A stretch of 64,000 bases of DNA from a virus (Duplodnaviria > Caudoviricetes). The translations under genes were made by a program, and so were the position numbers. The notes beneath the pieces are model-generated. The model saw only the letters and a program-made list of their open reading frames with translations. It was not told the DNA's origin and did not search any database. The first letter of the stretch is position 1; each line of letters opens with the position of its first letter. Positions 1-7,998 of this stretch are shown piece after piece. The stretch covers positions 79,526 through 143,525 of the IMG/VR virus record IMGVR_UViG_3300037400_006508; one strand, 5' to 3'.

Positions 1-1251
1 TACTATTGCAGAGGCAGTTCCTTTATCTCGATAATGATACCGGCGTCGGTGACTAGCATCGGGTCTTACGCTTTCGCGAACGACAATTACTTGAGAAATA
101 TAACCTTTGAGACGTCGAGTAGCACACTCACACTTAACACGTATGCCTTCAGTGCGTGCTTTTATAGTGGATCGACGGCAGCCTCGATCGACCTTTCGCC
201 GAGGAAGATTACTTCTATACCAAACTACTGCTTTAACAATTGCAGGTATTTGAAGGGCATAGTATGGCCTCAAGGATTGACCAGTATTGGAGGATCTGCG
301 TTCCGGTACTGCTTCTACTATACTGCTAGCACAGGCACTGTGGAAATCCCAGAGGGTGTTACGAACATCTCTGGCACCTATGCGTTCGCCAACTGCCTAT
401 ACTTGACCGCTGTGACATTGCCAAGCACATTGACCAACCTCAACAACTACACCTTCTATTATTGCACGAGGCTGGCGACCATCACTTCCAACAGGTCAAC
501 GGCTCCCACGGTGTCCTCCGCCACATTCGGCAACAGTTCAACTTACTATACGGGCAGGACATACTACTCGACGGGAAAGAACAGCCTATATGTGCCAGCA
601 GGAGCAACCGGGTACAATGCATCTTACTGGTCGAGCGTTTTGTGCAACAGCTCCATGTGCGGATTTACTCTTATCGAGAATTCCATACAGGAGGTAGAAT
701 ATATCACGCTTACGACAGCGCCTTCCGGAACAATGAGCACGAATGACGGAAACATTCTTCCGATCGACGTCGTTCCGGGCACTTCTACAGAGCTGGAGAT
801 AGACTGGGTTGTGAACAACTCTACAGGAAACATACTGTTTGGAATCTCGTCGTCCAGCGATTCTGCGGATTTCCGCATATTCTCAACCAACTCTAATTAT
901 TACTATGATAGGGGGTCCGGGAGGCTGAGTCCGTCGTATACCACGTTTGGAGTCGGGCTGGGTACGAGGTTCAAGATAAAGGCCGGCAACTATTATCTTC
1001 AGAACGTGACGGGAGGATATACTGCAACAGGAACAAGTGCGGCGTATACACCGCAGTCTCCACAGTGTCTTGGATTCTGGGGGTACACGACGATATACTC
1101 CTGCAAGGTGTGGGACGGTAATACGCTTGTCCGTAGTCTTACGCCGGCCAGAATAGGGCAGAACGGAGGATTGTACGACTCCGTTTCAGGCAGATTCTTC
1201 AGGGTGATCGGTAATGGCGCGTACACGCTTGGATCCGATGTGACGCAGTAG
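1..1251 (+). CDS. BspA-type leucine-rich-repeat (LRR_5) protein, probable receptor-binding/tail-fibre component; 5'-truncated by window edge
   Basis: Frame is open from base 1. Repeated LRR_5 units: IPASVTSIGSYAF, WPQGLTSIGGSAFRYC, IPEGVTNISGTYAFANC, LPSTLTNLNNYTFYYC. C-terminal beta-rich domain. Confidence 0.8.
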   Translation, partial: YYCRGSSFISIMIPASVTSIGSYAFANDNYLRNITFETSSSTLTLNTYAFSACFYSGSTAASIDLSPRKITSIPNYCFNNCRYLKGIVWPQGLTSIGGSAFRYCFYYTASTGTVEIPEGVTNISGTYAFANCLYLTAVTLPSTLTNLNNYTFYYCTRLATITSNRSTAPTVSSATFGNSSTYYTGRTYYSTGKNSLYVPAGATGYNASYWSSVLCNSSMCGFTLIENSIQEVEYITLTTAPSGTMSTNDGNILPIDVVPGTSTELEIDWVVNNSTGNILFGISSSSDSADFRIFSTNSNYYYDRGSGRLSPSYTTFGVGLGTRFKIKAGNYYLQNVTGGYTATGTSAAYTPQSPQCLGFWGYTTIYSCKVWDGNTLVRSLTPARIGQNGGLYDSVSGRFFRVIGNGAYTLGSDVTQ

Positions 1252-1255
1252 ACGC

Positions 1256-2479
1256 ATGATTTCAGCAGCACACCACACGTTGATGGGTCCTGATACGGGG
1301 ATAAAGCTGCCGTACGACTGGTCGTACGACACGGTTATGGATCAGAGGGACGCGCTGGCCGCGAAGGTAACGAGAAATTCGACTCCAACGGTGACGGACA
1401 CGTACATCGATCTTTCGGCTCTTGGAGTAGCTCAGGTCTTGCATCATCCTGTCCCATTGATTGACTACCCTGGAAAGGTTGGGATGGCGTTCAGATTCAG
1501 CGACGAGCCTGCTGTGTCTGAGTATTGTATCGTAGATCCAGAAGTTGGAACGGTTACACGAACGGGCGCAAAGATGACTATTACGTCGAGCAACGTAAAT
1601 ACTCGTTTGTGTCTTGACAGATACGGAAAAATGTGTGGTGTCGTCAGATATGATGGTGGTGTCTACTCTTTTGGACAGGACGGCAGCAATTGCACGAAGC
1701 ACGGCACATGCGAGGCGTTTCCGACAAACAGAGGCTTCAGACTTGTACAGATACCTGAGGGCGGATTCATAGCGTACGGTGAAGAGTCGACGACTAGGCA
1801 CATGTACAAGATAGATGACAATTACAACCCGTCTCTCGCGTACACATGGGATCAGACGTCGTACTATCCGTACAGCGCAATTTTCATGCCGGATTATCTT
1901 GTGATCACAATTACGCTGGGTACGATACAGCGGTTCAAGAGAGACTTGTCCAGCGGTACCAGACTTTCTACGGTAACGTATGGGTCGTATATTTCTCTTG
2001 CCGGCATGACAATGTGTCCGCTGACCAGGGGTGATATATTCTTTGGCATGTCTGGGAACAAGTATAGCAGCAAGAAGCTTGTAGGATACAAGGTGGGCAC
2101 GAATGCGGCTGTTCTGTCCACAACGCTTGCGTCGAGCAACGGTACCGGAGAAAACACCGGGTGTTTTCTTCCGACTGGAGAATTTTTCAGCCATGTTCAG
2201 TATGACGGCAACAATACGGCGCCAGTGAAAGGAAATCAATGGTATTTGTATAATTATGAAACTGACACGTTTACTAATGTTGGAGGAACACATGACGGAA
2301 CTACTGCAGTCGGGTGGAGGGTCTGCATGCTTCCGACGGGGAAATGTCTTTCGTACAGGAACAATATAGGCAACGACGGGAAGATCTATTTCAAGTTCCA
2401 CGATTGGGGATTTAAGAAAAAGGACATACCGGCTAATTTGATAAGTGGCCCTTTCGGATTCAACAACACATGCTGTTAG
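1256..2479 (+). CDS. hypothetical beta-rich protein (possible beta-propeller, fibre/adhesin-associated)
   Basis: 407-aa ORF tightly packed between neighbours. Recurrent short beta units (CFLPTGE, CMLPTGK, CPLTRGD). Confidence 0.55.
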   Translation: MISAAHHTLMGPDTGIKLPYDWSYDTVMDQRDALAAKVTRNSTPTVTDTYIDLSALGVAQVLHHPVPLIDYPGKVGMAFRFSDEPAVSEYCIVDPEVGTVTRTGAKMTITSSNVNTRLCLDRYGKMCGVVRYDGGVYSFGQDGSNCTKHGTCEAFPTNRGFRLVQIPEGGFIAYGEESTTRHMYKIDDNYNPSLAYTWDQTSYYPYSAIFMPDYLVITITLGTIQRFKRDLSSGTRLSTVTYGSYISLAGMTMCPLTRGDIFFGMSGNKYSSKKLVGYKVGTNAAVLSTTLASSNGTGENTGCFLPTGEFFSHVQYDGNNTAPVKGNQWYLYNYETDTFTNVGGTHDGTTAVGWRVCMLPTGKCLSYRNNIGNDGKIYFKFHDWGFKKKDIPANLISGPFGFNNTCC

Positions 2480-2488
2480 GAGAAAAAC

Positions 2489-2992
2489 ATGTACGCGAAA
2501 TACATCTCTGAAACAACGATCAATACGACGATCCCGAAATCTGGGCATGACGCGCAGGGACGCCTCGTGACCGGAGATCTGACGAACAGGCCGGACGTCC
2601 TGGCCCTGCTCAACTACTTTCCGGTGGTTGAGCAGGAGATGCCGTCCGAACCGATCGAAGGGTACCACTACGAGAAGCGGTACGCCCCTCCGGACAGCAA
2701 CGACGGGATCGTACAATTCTGGGTTTCCGTCGAGGATCCTCCGCCCCCTCCGGAGCCGGTCAAGGTGTATTCCAAGCTCAAGATCCTGATGGCTGCTGAC
2801 CAGGCCGGGATCATAGATCCGCTTATGGACCTTATCGAGTCGGACAGGAAGCTAAAGTACATCTGGGACGCGTCGAACACGATCGAGGACAACGCCCTTC
2901 TTTCCGCATACATCCCGAACATCGCCCAGGCGCTTGCAAAAACGGAGCAGGAGGTGTATGCTTTTCTCGACAACTACTGCATTGCAGACTAG
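2489..2992 (+). CDS. hypothetical protein, possible tail-fibre assembly chaperone
   Basis: RBS AGGAG upstream. Small protein after fibre-like genes. Pro-rich hinge (DPPPPPEP), YSKLKI motif, one DSND. Confidence 0.55.
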   Translation: MYAKYISETTINTTIPKSGHDAQGRLVTGDLTNRPDVLALLNYFPVVEQEMPSEPIEGYHYEKRYAPPDSNDGIVQFWVSVEDPPPPPEPVKVYSKLKILMAADQAGIIDPLMDLIESDRKLKYIWDASNTIEDNALLSAYIPNIAQALAKTEQEVYAFLDNYCIAD

Positions 2993-3001
2993 GAGGACGA
3001 C

Positions 3002-3451
3002 ATGAAGAAGTGGTGGAAGAAGATCTGGAAGAAGATCAAGGAATGGCTCGAGGGCGACGAGAAGTTCGACTACCAGGGCCTGGACTGGTGCTACGGCGGC
3101 GAGAGGGCAAAGGGGGCCGTGGAGGACGTGTCCCAGAACGGGTTCAAGCTGAACTCGGTCTCGGCCGACGAGAAGGGCGTCAGGTTCTCCGGCGAGGGCA
3201 GGATGTGGGGGTACACCCACGACCATGCCGACGCACGCAACTGCATATTCTTCCTCGGCGACGACGGCGTCTGGCACGGAGGATTCTGGGAATGGGGCTC
3301 CGTGGACAGGACCTACCGAGATTTCAACAACATCTACTCCGGGTACAAGGGGTGGAAGGTGCAGCCGTTCCTCAAGTCGAAGAGATGGCTGTTCTTCGTC
3401 ATGACAAGGTCCGGGGATAAGAGGACCAACCTGATGTTCATCGACAGGTAG
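3002..3451 (+). CDS. hypothetical Trp-rich protein with cationic amphipathic N-terminus
   Basis: RBS AGGAGG. Starts MKKWWKKIWKKIKEWL. Confidence 0.7.
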   Translation: MKKWWKKIWKKIKEWLEGDEKFDYQGLDWCYGGERAKGAVEDVSQNGFKLNSVSADEKGVRFSGEGRMWGYTHDHADARNCIFFLGDDGVWHGGFWEWGSVDRTYRDFNNIYSGYKGWKVQPFLKSKRWLFFVMTRSGDKRTNLMFIDR

Positions 3452-3460
3452 AAGTCCGGC

Positions 3461-4270
3461 ATGCCGGAAGGCGAAATCAGGGTAGCCTACACGATAGACG
3501 TGCGGGGGGCCGGCGCTCAGCAGTTCTGCGACCAGCTCCTCGTCTCCGTGTATTCTCTTCTCAAGACGAAATCGCCGGACGACCGTATACGCGTGTCCGT
3601 GTTCTACGGGAGCATCCCATACGGGCTGGAGCAACGTGTGTCGTCGTTGGGAAGGGACGGATTCAAGGTCGAGTTCAACAGAATAGACGCAAATCTGCTT
3701 GCGAGGCTTGACAGATGTTCCGGAAGGGATCCTACCAAGGGAATACGGACTTTTTCCGGGATAACTTTCGTAAGGTTCTGCCTTCCGGACCTGATTCCGG
3801 ACGCGGACAGGGTCGTATACCTGGATTGCGACACACTGGCCCGTTTTCCCATAAAGGATCTTTGGGACGTCGAATTCGACGCTGGCTCCCTTATAGCGGC
3901 CACGCCGGGCGTCGTACCGGAGTACGGATTCAATTCCGGTACGATAGTTCTCGACCTGGCGGGGATGAGAAGGGAGGGGTGCGTGGAGCCGTTTCTCGAA
4001 TATGCCGAAAAAGAGGCGAAGCTGTTCATGCTTCCCGACCAGACCGCCATGAATAAGTTCTTCGGCGGCAGGATAACGGAGATTGACGGATCGTGGGTGT
4101 TCACTCCGTCCGTCGGAGGAAACAGCCCGTATCTAAGGTCTGCGAAGATGTTTCACTTCTATAACGGGCATAAACCGTACCGTATAACCAGGGAAGATAC
4201 CGGAAGGGTTCTTGTCATATGGAACAATCTTCTTTCCGAGGCGGAAAAGGAGGTGTCCGATGCCGGATAG
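3461..4270 (+). CDS. glycosyltransferase family 8 (GT-A fold)
   Basis: GT8 motifs: FVRFCLPDLIPDADRVVYLDCDTL (DxD), FNSG, PDQTAMN, HFYNGHKPY. Confidence 0.9.
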   Translation: MPEGEIRVAYTIDVRGAGAQQFCDQLLVSVYSLLKTKSPDDRIRVSVFYGSIPYGLEQRVSSLGRDGFKVEFNRIDANLLARLDRCSGRDPTKGIRTFSGITFVRFCLPDLIPDADRVVYLDCDTLARFPIKDLWDVEFDAGSLIAATPGVVPEYGFNSGTIVLDLAGMRREGCVEPFLEYAEKEAKLFMLPDQTAMNKFFGGRITEIDGSWVFTPSVGGNSPYLRSAKMFHFYNGHKPYRITREDTGRVLVIWNNLLSEAEKEVSDAG

Positions 4271-5894
4271 CGAAAATGACGGCGCACCGAGCCCGATAGT
4301 GGATACGAGAACGGTAGATTATAACTGCGAATGCTGCAAATGCGGTCTTCTTAGCGTCGTTATCGAGTTTGATAATGGTTGCAGGTGCCTGGGGATATAC
4401 AGCAAGGAGGATTGCAGCGGTGATTGGTGGGAGAAAGAATGTCATTACGGCCCTTCCCATTTCGAAGTGGAGGTATCTTTGTTGTATTGGGATTCGGAGC
4501 CGCCGCCCGGAACGGATCCCGTATCGGCAAGAGAGGTTGTTTTCTTCGAGTTTGACGCGGCGCATACCAGGTCCTCAGGTTATCTTTCATACTCGTCCCA
4601 CGAGCAAATACCCGTTTGTTCGCCCGGCAAGTACAAAGTGGAGCTCCGTATATATGGAGACGGCATGAGCGTTACCTTCGAGAAGGTTATTACCCTGTCG
4701 TCGATATACGGCCAGACCGTGGTTTTGAAGTATAGAAACATGGAATACCACGGGTGCTGCAATCCAACGCTGACTATATCGTTGTACGATTTGTGCAGAT
4801 CGAGAAAAACTCCCGATGGGGATGAAATTGCCGACGATCTGAAGGATTTTGACGACGTAGTAGTTACCATGGAGGACGGTACGCAGTATACGCTCACTTA
4901 CGATCCGGATGATTCATACACCTATTACTACAAGGATTTCGATCTGCCGTGCGGAAGCAGCTCCGGTGGGAGCGTTGAAAGCGTAACTATAGGCGGCGAG
5001 GAGGTTTCTCTTTATTGGGGGGATTTCTATTTTAACCCGTCCCAGCCGTACAATGCGTCTGAGTGGCATGAGGATTGCAATTGGTATTTGATGCTCCGCT
5101 TGCCGCCCAGATACTATTTGTATCTCAGCATGGAGGGAAACGAATGCACTTCCGTGGGCGATACCATGACTTTGTATGTAAAGGATTGCGATTATGGTTC
5201 GTGGCACATGACCGGGGTAACGCTTTCAAAGGTGCCCGGAAGTTCTAGCTTCGTATATTTCGACAGAGTTCCGCTTGAACATTTTAATCTTACCAGTTGC
5301 GACTGCAGGAGTCTGGATGTCTATCTTGATCAAGGGGGGAACACACTGGTTGGCCATGCCGATTTCCACGATGAGTACAATGGTGTTAGAAGCGTGTTCG
5401 TTTTGACTGGATCGGTCGACAATATAAAGCTCAGGAGAATAGTTGTAACCGCAAACGAGAAGGAGGATCATATAACCGAGCCGTACACCATAACCGTTCA
5501 CGTCAGTTACTACGACGGATACTCCACGCAGTATTTCACATGTACGCTTTCAAATCAGGGAGGAAGCGGAGGAAGCGGAAGTTCGGGGTCGTCCGGAAGT
5601 GGAAGCGGAGGCATAGGCCCCGGCGCAGGATGCAGCACCGTGGTGTGCATGGAGACGTATTCGTGCGGTGTAGATTACATAGACGCCCCGCCCTTCATAT
5701 ACGCCGATTCAAATACAAGTTTTCCGTCGGACGATCTTGTGCAGATAGATATCGGTATCTATTACACCGGTCCATATTATCGTGGATTGCAAGAGCCCGA
5801 ACCCGTGGTTAAGCTGTTGGAAGCACCGAAAAGCGATGTGGACGATGTATTCAGCGAAGGCGTCGTTGAAGAGTCAGAGAAAGGCGAAAAATGA
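4260..5894 (+). CDS. Cys/Tyr-rich acidic beta-sandwich protein, probable virion surface/fibre protein
   Basis: ATG at 4260 with GGAGG RBS, overlapping the GT8 end. CECCKC, GCC and CDC clusters. Gly/Ser linker near 5560-5625. Confidence 0.6.
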   Translation: MPDSENDGAPSPIVDTRTVDYNCECCKCGLLSVVIEFDNGCRCLGIYSKEDCSGDWWEKECHYGPSHFEVEVSLLYWDSEPPPGTDPVSAREVVFFEFDAAHTRSSGYLSYSSHEQIPVCSPGKYKVELRIYGDGMSVTFEKVITLSSIYGQTVVLKYRNMEYHGCCNPTLTISLYDLCRSRKTPDGDEIADDLKDFDDVVVTMEDGTQYTLTYDPDDSYTYYYKDFDLPCGSSSGGSVESVTIGGEEVSLYWGDFYFNPSQPYNASEWHEDCNWYLMLRLPPRYYLYLSMEGNECTSVGDTMTLYVKDCDYGSWHMTGVTLSKVPGSSSFVYFDRVPLEHFNLTSCDCRSLDVYLDQGGNTLVGHADFHDEYNGVRSVFVLTGSVDNIKLRRIVVTANEKEDHITEPYTITVHVSYYDGYSTQYFTCTLSNQGGSGGSGSSGSSGSGSGGIGPGAGCSTVVCMETYSCGVDYIDAPPFIYADSNTSFPSDDLVQIDIGIYYTGPYYRGLQEPEPVVKLLEAPKSDVDDVFSEGVVEESEKGEK

Positions 5895-6319
5895 GTTGCA
5901 ACTGCGATAAGGACAAGTCTGCGAAAGTGGATTCGCGGTCATCCGGCTACAGCCAGCCAATGGCTTGCGGCAAGTGCCTTGCCAAGCATTTGTCGAAGGC
6001 TTCGGTCGAGTACTCGGAGGTGTTGGAGGACGCATCAAGGTACACCGAGCTGTCATTTTGCATAGGCGATCTGGCGTGTGCGGAGGACCATGCTTCCGCT
6101 CTCGGCTGGAGTGACATGAAGGACAAGATAAGATCCGCCAGGGAAAGCGTATATTCGTTCGAGAAGTCAACGTACGACGATCTGGTGTCGCTTGCGTCCG
6201 AGGCGGTAGGCCGTATTGTGTCTAAGGACAAGGATAACATGAAGTTTGCGATGGAAATGGCCAAGGCTCGGGCGGCCGCCCGTGCGTCGGAGGACAGCAA
6301 CGATGTCGGCGCACCCTGA
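5891..6319 (+). CDS. hypothetical protein, possible metal-binding (CxxC..H / C..EDH)
   Basis: ATGA overlap with upstream stop. MSCNC, CGKCLAKH, CAEDH. Ends with DSND. Confidence 0.65.
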   Translation: MSCNCDKDKSAKVDSRSSGYSQPMACGKCLAKHLSKASVEYSEVLEDASRYTELSFCIGDLACAEDHASALGWSDMKDKIRSARESVYSFEKSTYDDLVSLASEAVGRIVSKDKDNMKFAMEMAKARAAARASEDSNDVGAP

Positions 6320-6797
6320 TTCGTTCGAGGAGGGAGACGGAACGGTCGAGTCCGTCACTAAGGACAAGACCGAGAAGCACGATGAGATCGTCGTCCGCCT
6401 CAAGGACGGAAGGCGGATCGTCATATCGAACAACACGGAGCTCGGGAAGCGCATACTTCCGGTTCTTGGTTCGAAGATAGGATACCACGGATACCGCGTA
6501 ACCGGCACGAACGTCGTACACAGGACGCACCCGAACAGGGGGTCCAGGGGCGGATGGCTCGAGGAGAAGAAGGCGCAGTACTGGGGGGATGTCGATCTCT
6601 CGCGGGGCTCCGAGGCGCACGAAGGGCAGACCGTGATCGTGCTCGAAGGCCGGAGACAGCTTGAATTTGCGACTTTGGAGGACGCGGCCAACTATCTGGC
6701 AGGCGTAGGAATGCTGCCTAGGTCCGATGTGGAGACCATGCTGCGCAGCAGGGAGCCGCTGATCAACGGAAGACAGGTCTCCTATCCGGAGGGATAG
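6303..6797 (+). CDS. hypothetical protein with possible C-terminal HTH (NUMOD1-like) DNA-binding motif
   Basis: ATG at 6303 after GGAGG. C-terminal EFATLEDAANYLAG resembles the NUMOD1/HTH pattern. Confidence 0.5.
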   Translation: MSAHPDSFEEGDGTVESVTKDKTEKHDEIVVRLKDGRRIVISNNTELGKRILPVLGSKIGYHGYRVTGTNVVHRTHPNRGSRGGWLEEKKAQYWGDVDLSRGSEAHEGQTVIVLEGRRQLEFATLEDAANYLAGVGMLPRSDVETMLRSREPLINGRQVSYPEG

Positions 6798-6823
6798 CGC
6801 CGCATAGGTTTTTTTGGTTTAAT
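6795..6823 (+). promoter_or_regulatory. weak candidate promoter (TGG-TTTAAT extended -10)
   Basis: Only AT-rich intergenic gap in the area. TTTTGG-TTTAAT matches the TGG+-10 pattern of other promoters here. The -35 (TAGCGC) is poor. Confidence 0.35.
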
Positions 6824-6847
6824 CGCATAAACATCCTGGAGATCGAG

Positions 6848-7417
6848 ATGACACGTTACGAAAAGGGATTTCTTGCAAAGTGCGCGGAGTACGGGCTTCC
6901 GTACGAGAACGCGATCGGACTGTTCAAGTCTGCCAAGGTCACTGGACTCATGAGCGACGGAAGGGTCGTCACAATAGACCATGGGAAGAAGACGGTAGGC
7001 GGCGGCAGGCCGATGCCGTCCTCGGGCGCCGGGTTCGTTTATACCGGTAAGTCCGATCCAAGGACCGTTGCGTCCGGAGGAGGGAGGTACAGATACGCTC
7101 CGGCTTCCTCGCAACCGGGCGCAAAGTTGGCGAAGAGGCAGCCTGACGGGAAGGGCGGATACCGCATGTCCGAGCCGGAGTGGAGGAAGACGTACGGCAA
7201 CACGAAGAGACCGAACCTACCGCAGTCCGAGATCGACAGGATCCATGCGAAAAACGTATCGGCCATGAGGAGCGATCCGGACTACATCGCCTGGAGCAAC
7301 AGGGTCGACCGCGGAGTCAGGGAAGATCGCCTGCGTGCCGCCAGGGAGATGAACGAAATGGCTGAGAAGCTTCTAGCGGCACGCGCCGCGGCCAGGTCCC
7401 GTGGCGGAAGGTCGTAG
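6848..7417 (+). CDS. putative internal head protein, MTxYExGFL-leader family
   Basis: Starts MTRYEKGFLAKCAEYGLPYENAIGLFKSA. Basic C-terminal payload. Confidence 0.7.
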   Translation: MTRYEKGFLAKCAEYGLPYENAIGLFKSAKVTGLMSDGRVVTIDHGKKTVGGGRPMPSSGAGFVYTGKSDPRTVASGGGRYRYAPASSQPGAKLAKRQPDGKGGYRMSEPEWRKTYGNTKRPNLPQSEIDRIHAKNVSAMRSDPDYIAWSNRVDRGVREDRLRAAREMNEMAEKLLAARAAARSRGGRS

Positions 7418-7418
7418 G

Positions 7419-7994
7419 ATGACCCCGTACGAGTCCGGCTTCCTGTCCAGGTGCTCCGAACTTGGCGTTCCGGAGCGCCTTTCGTCGTCTTTGCTGAAGC
7501 GTGCGGCCGAGGTCGGTCTGAAGACGAACCTGACCACGCACGTGGACATGCCCTATGTACCTGCCGTCGATACGCCGGTTCCCGACAACCCTACGCCTCC
7601 TCCGTTCGACTGGTCGAAGCTGGAATGGAAGAAAAGGGAGCCGGGCCTCCTGACCCGTATACTGAACGGCAGGAGAATATCGAAGTATCCTGACTGGAAG
7701 GATCGCATGAACAGGGACGTCGAGGAGCACAACAAGGCCGTCAGCGACTGGTACGACGAGGCGTACAAGAAGCTTCCGCCGTTGCCCGGAGGACCGGTGC
7801 AGAAGCTCAGCGACATCTACGATTACGTACGGAGGCGGCATGCTTTCACGCCGCCGACCCATCTTATGAAGGAGCAGCCGTCCTTCTATTGGGACGACTC
7901 TCCGCAGGAATACAGGCCTCCCACGCGGGATGAAAGGTTCAAGGAGTGGAGGTTCCAGAATCCATGGACCCCCGCTTCCGAGTTCAAGGGGTAG
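7419..7994 (+). CDS. putative internal head protein, MTxYExGFL-leader family
   Basis: ATG at 7419: MTPYESGFLSRCSELGVPERLSSSLLKRAA. Pro/Trp-rich payload. Confidence 0.7.
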   Translation: MTPYESGFLSRCSELGVPERLSSSLLKRAAEVGLKTNLTTHVDMPYVPAVDTPVPDNPTPPPFDWSKLEWKKREPGLLTRILNGRRISKYPDWKDRMNRDVEEHNKAVSDWYDEAYKKLPPLPGGPVQKLSDIYDYVRRRHAFTPPTHLMKEQPSFYWDDSPQEYRPPTRDERFKEWRFQNPWTPASEFKG

Positions 7995-7998
7995 CCGG

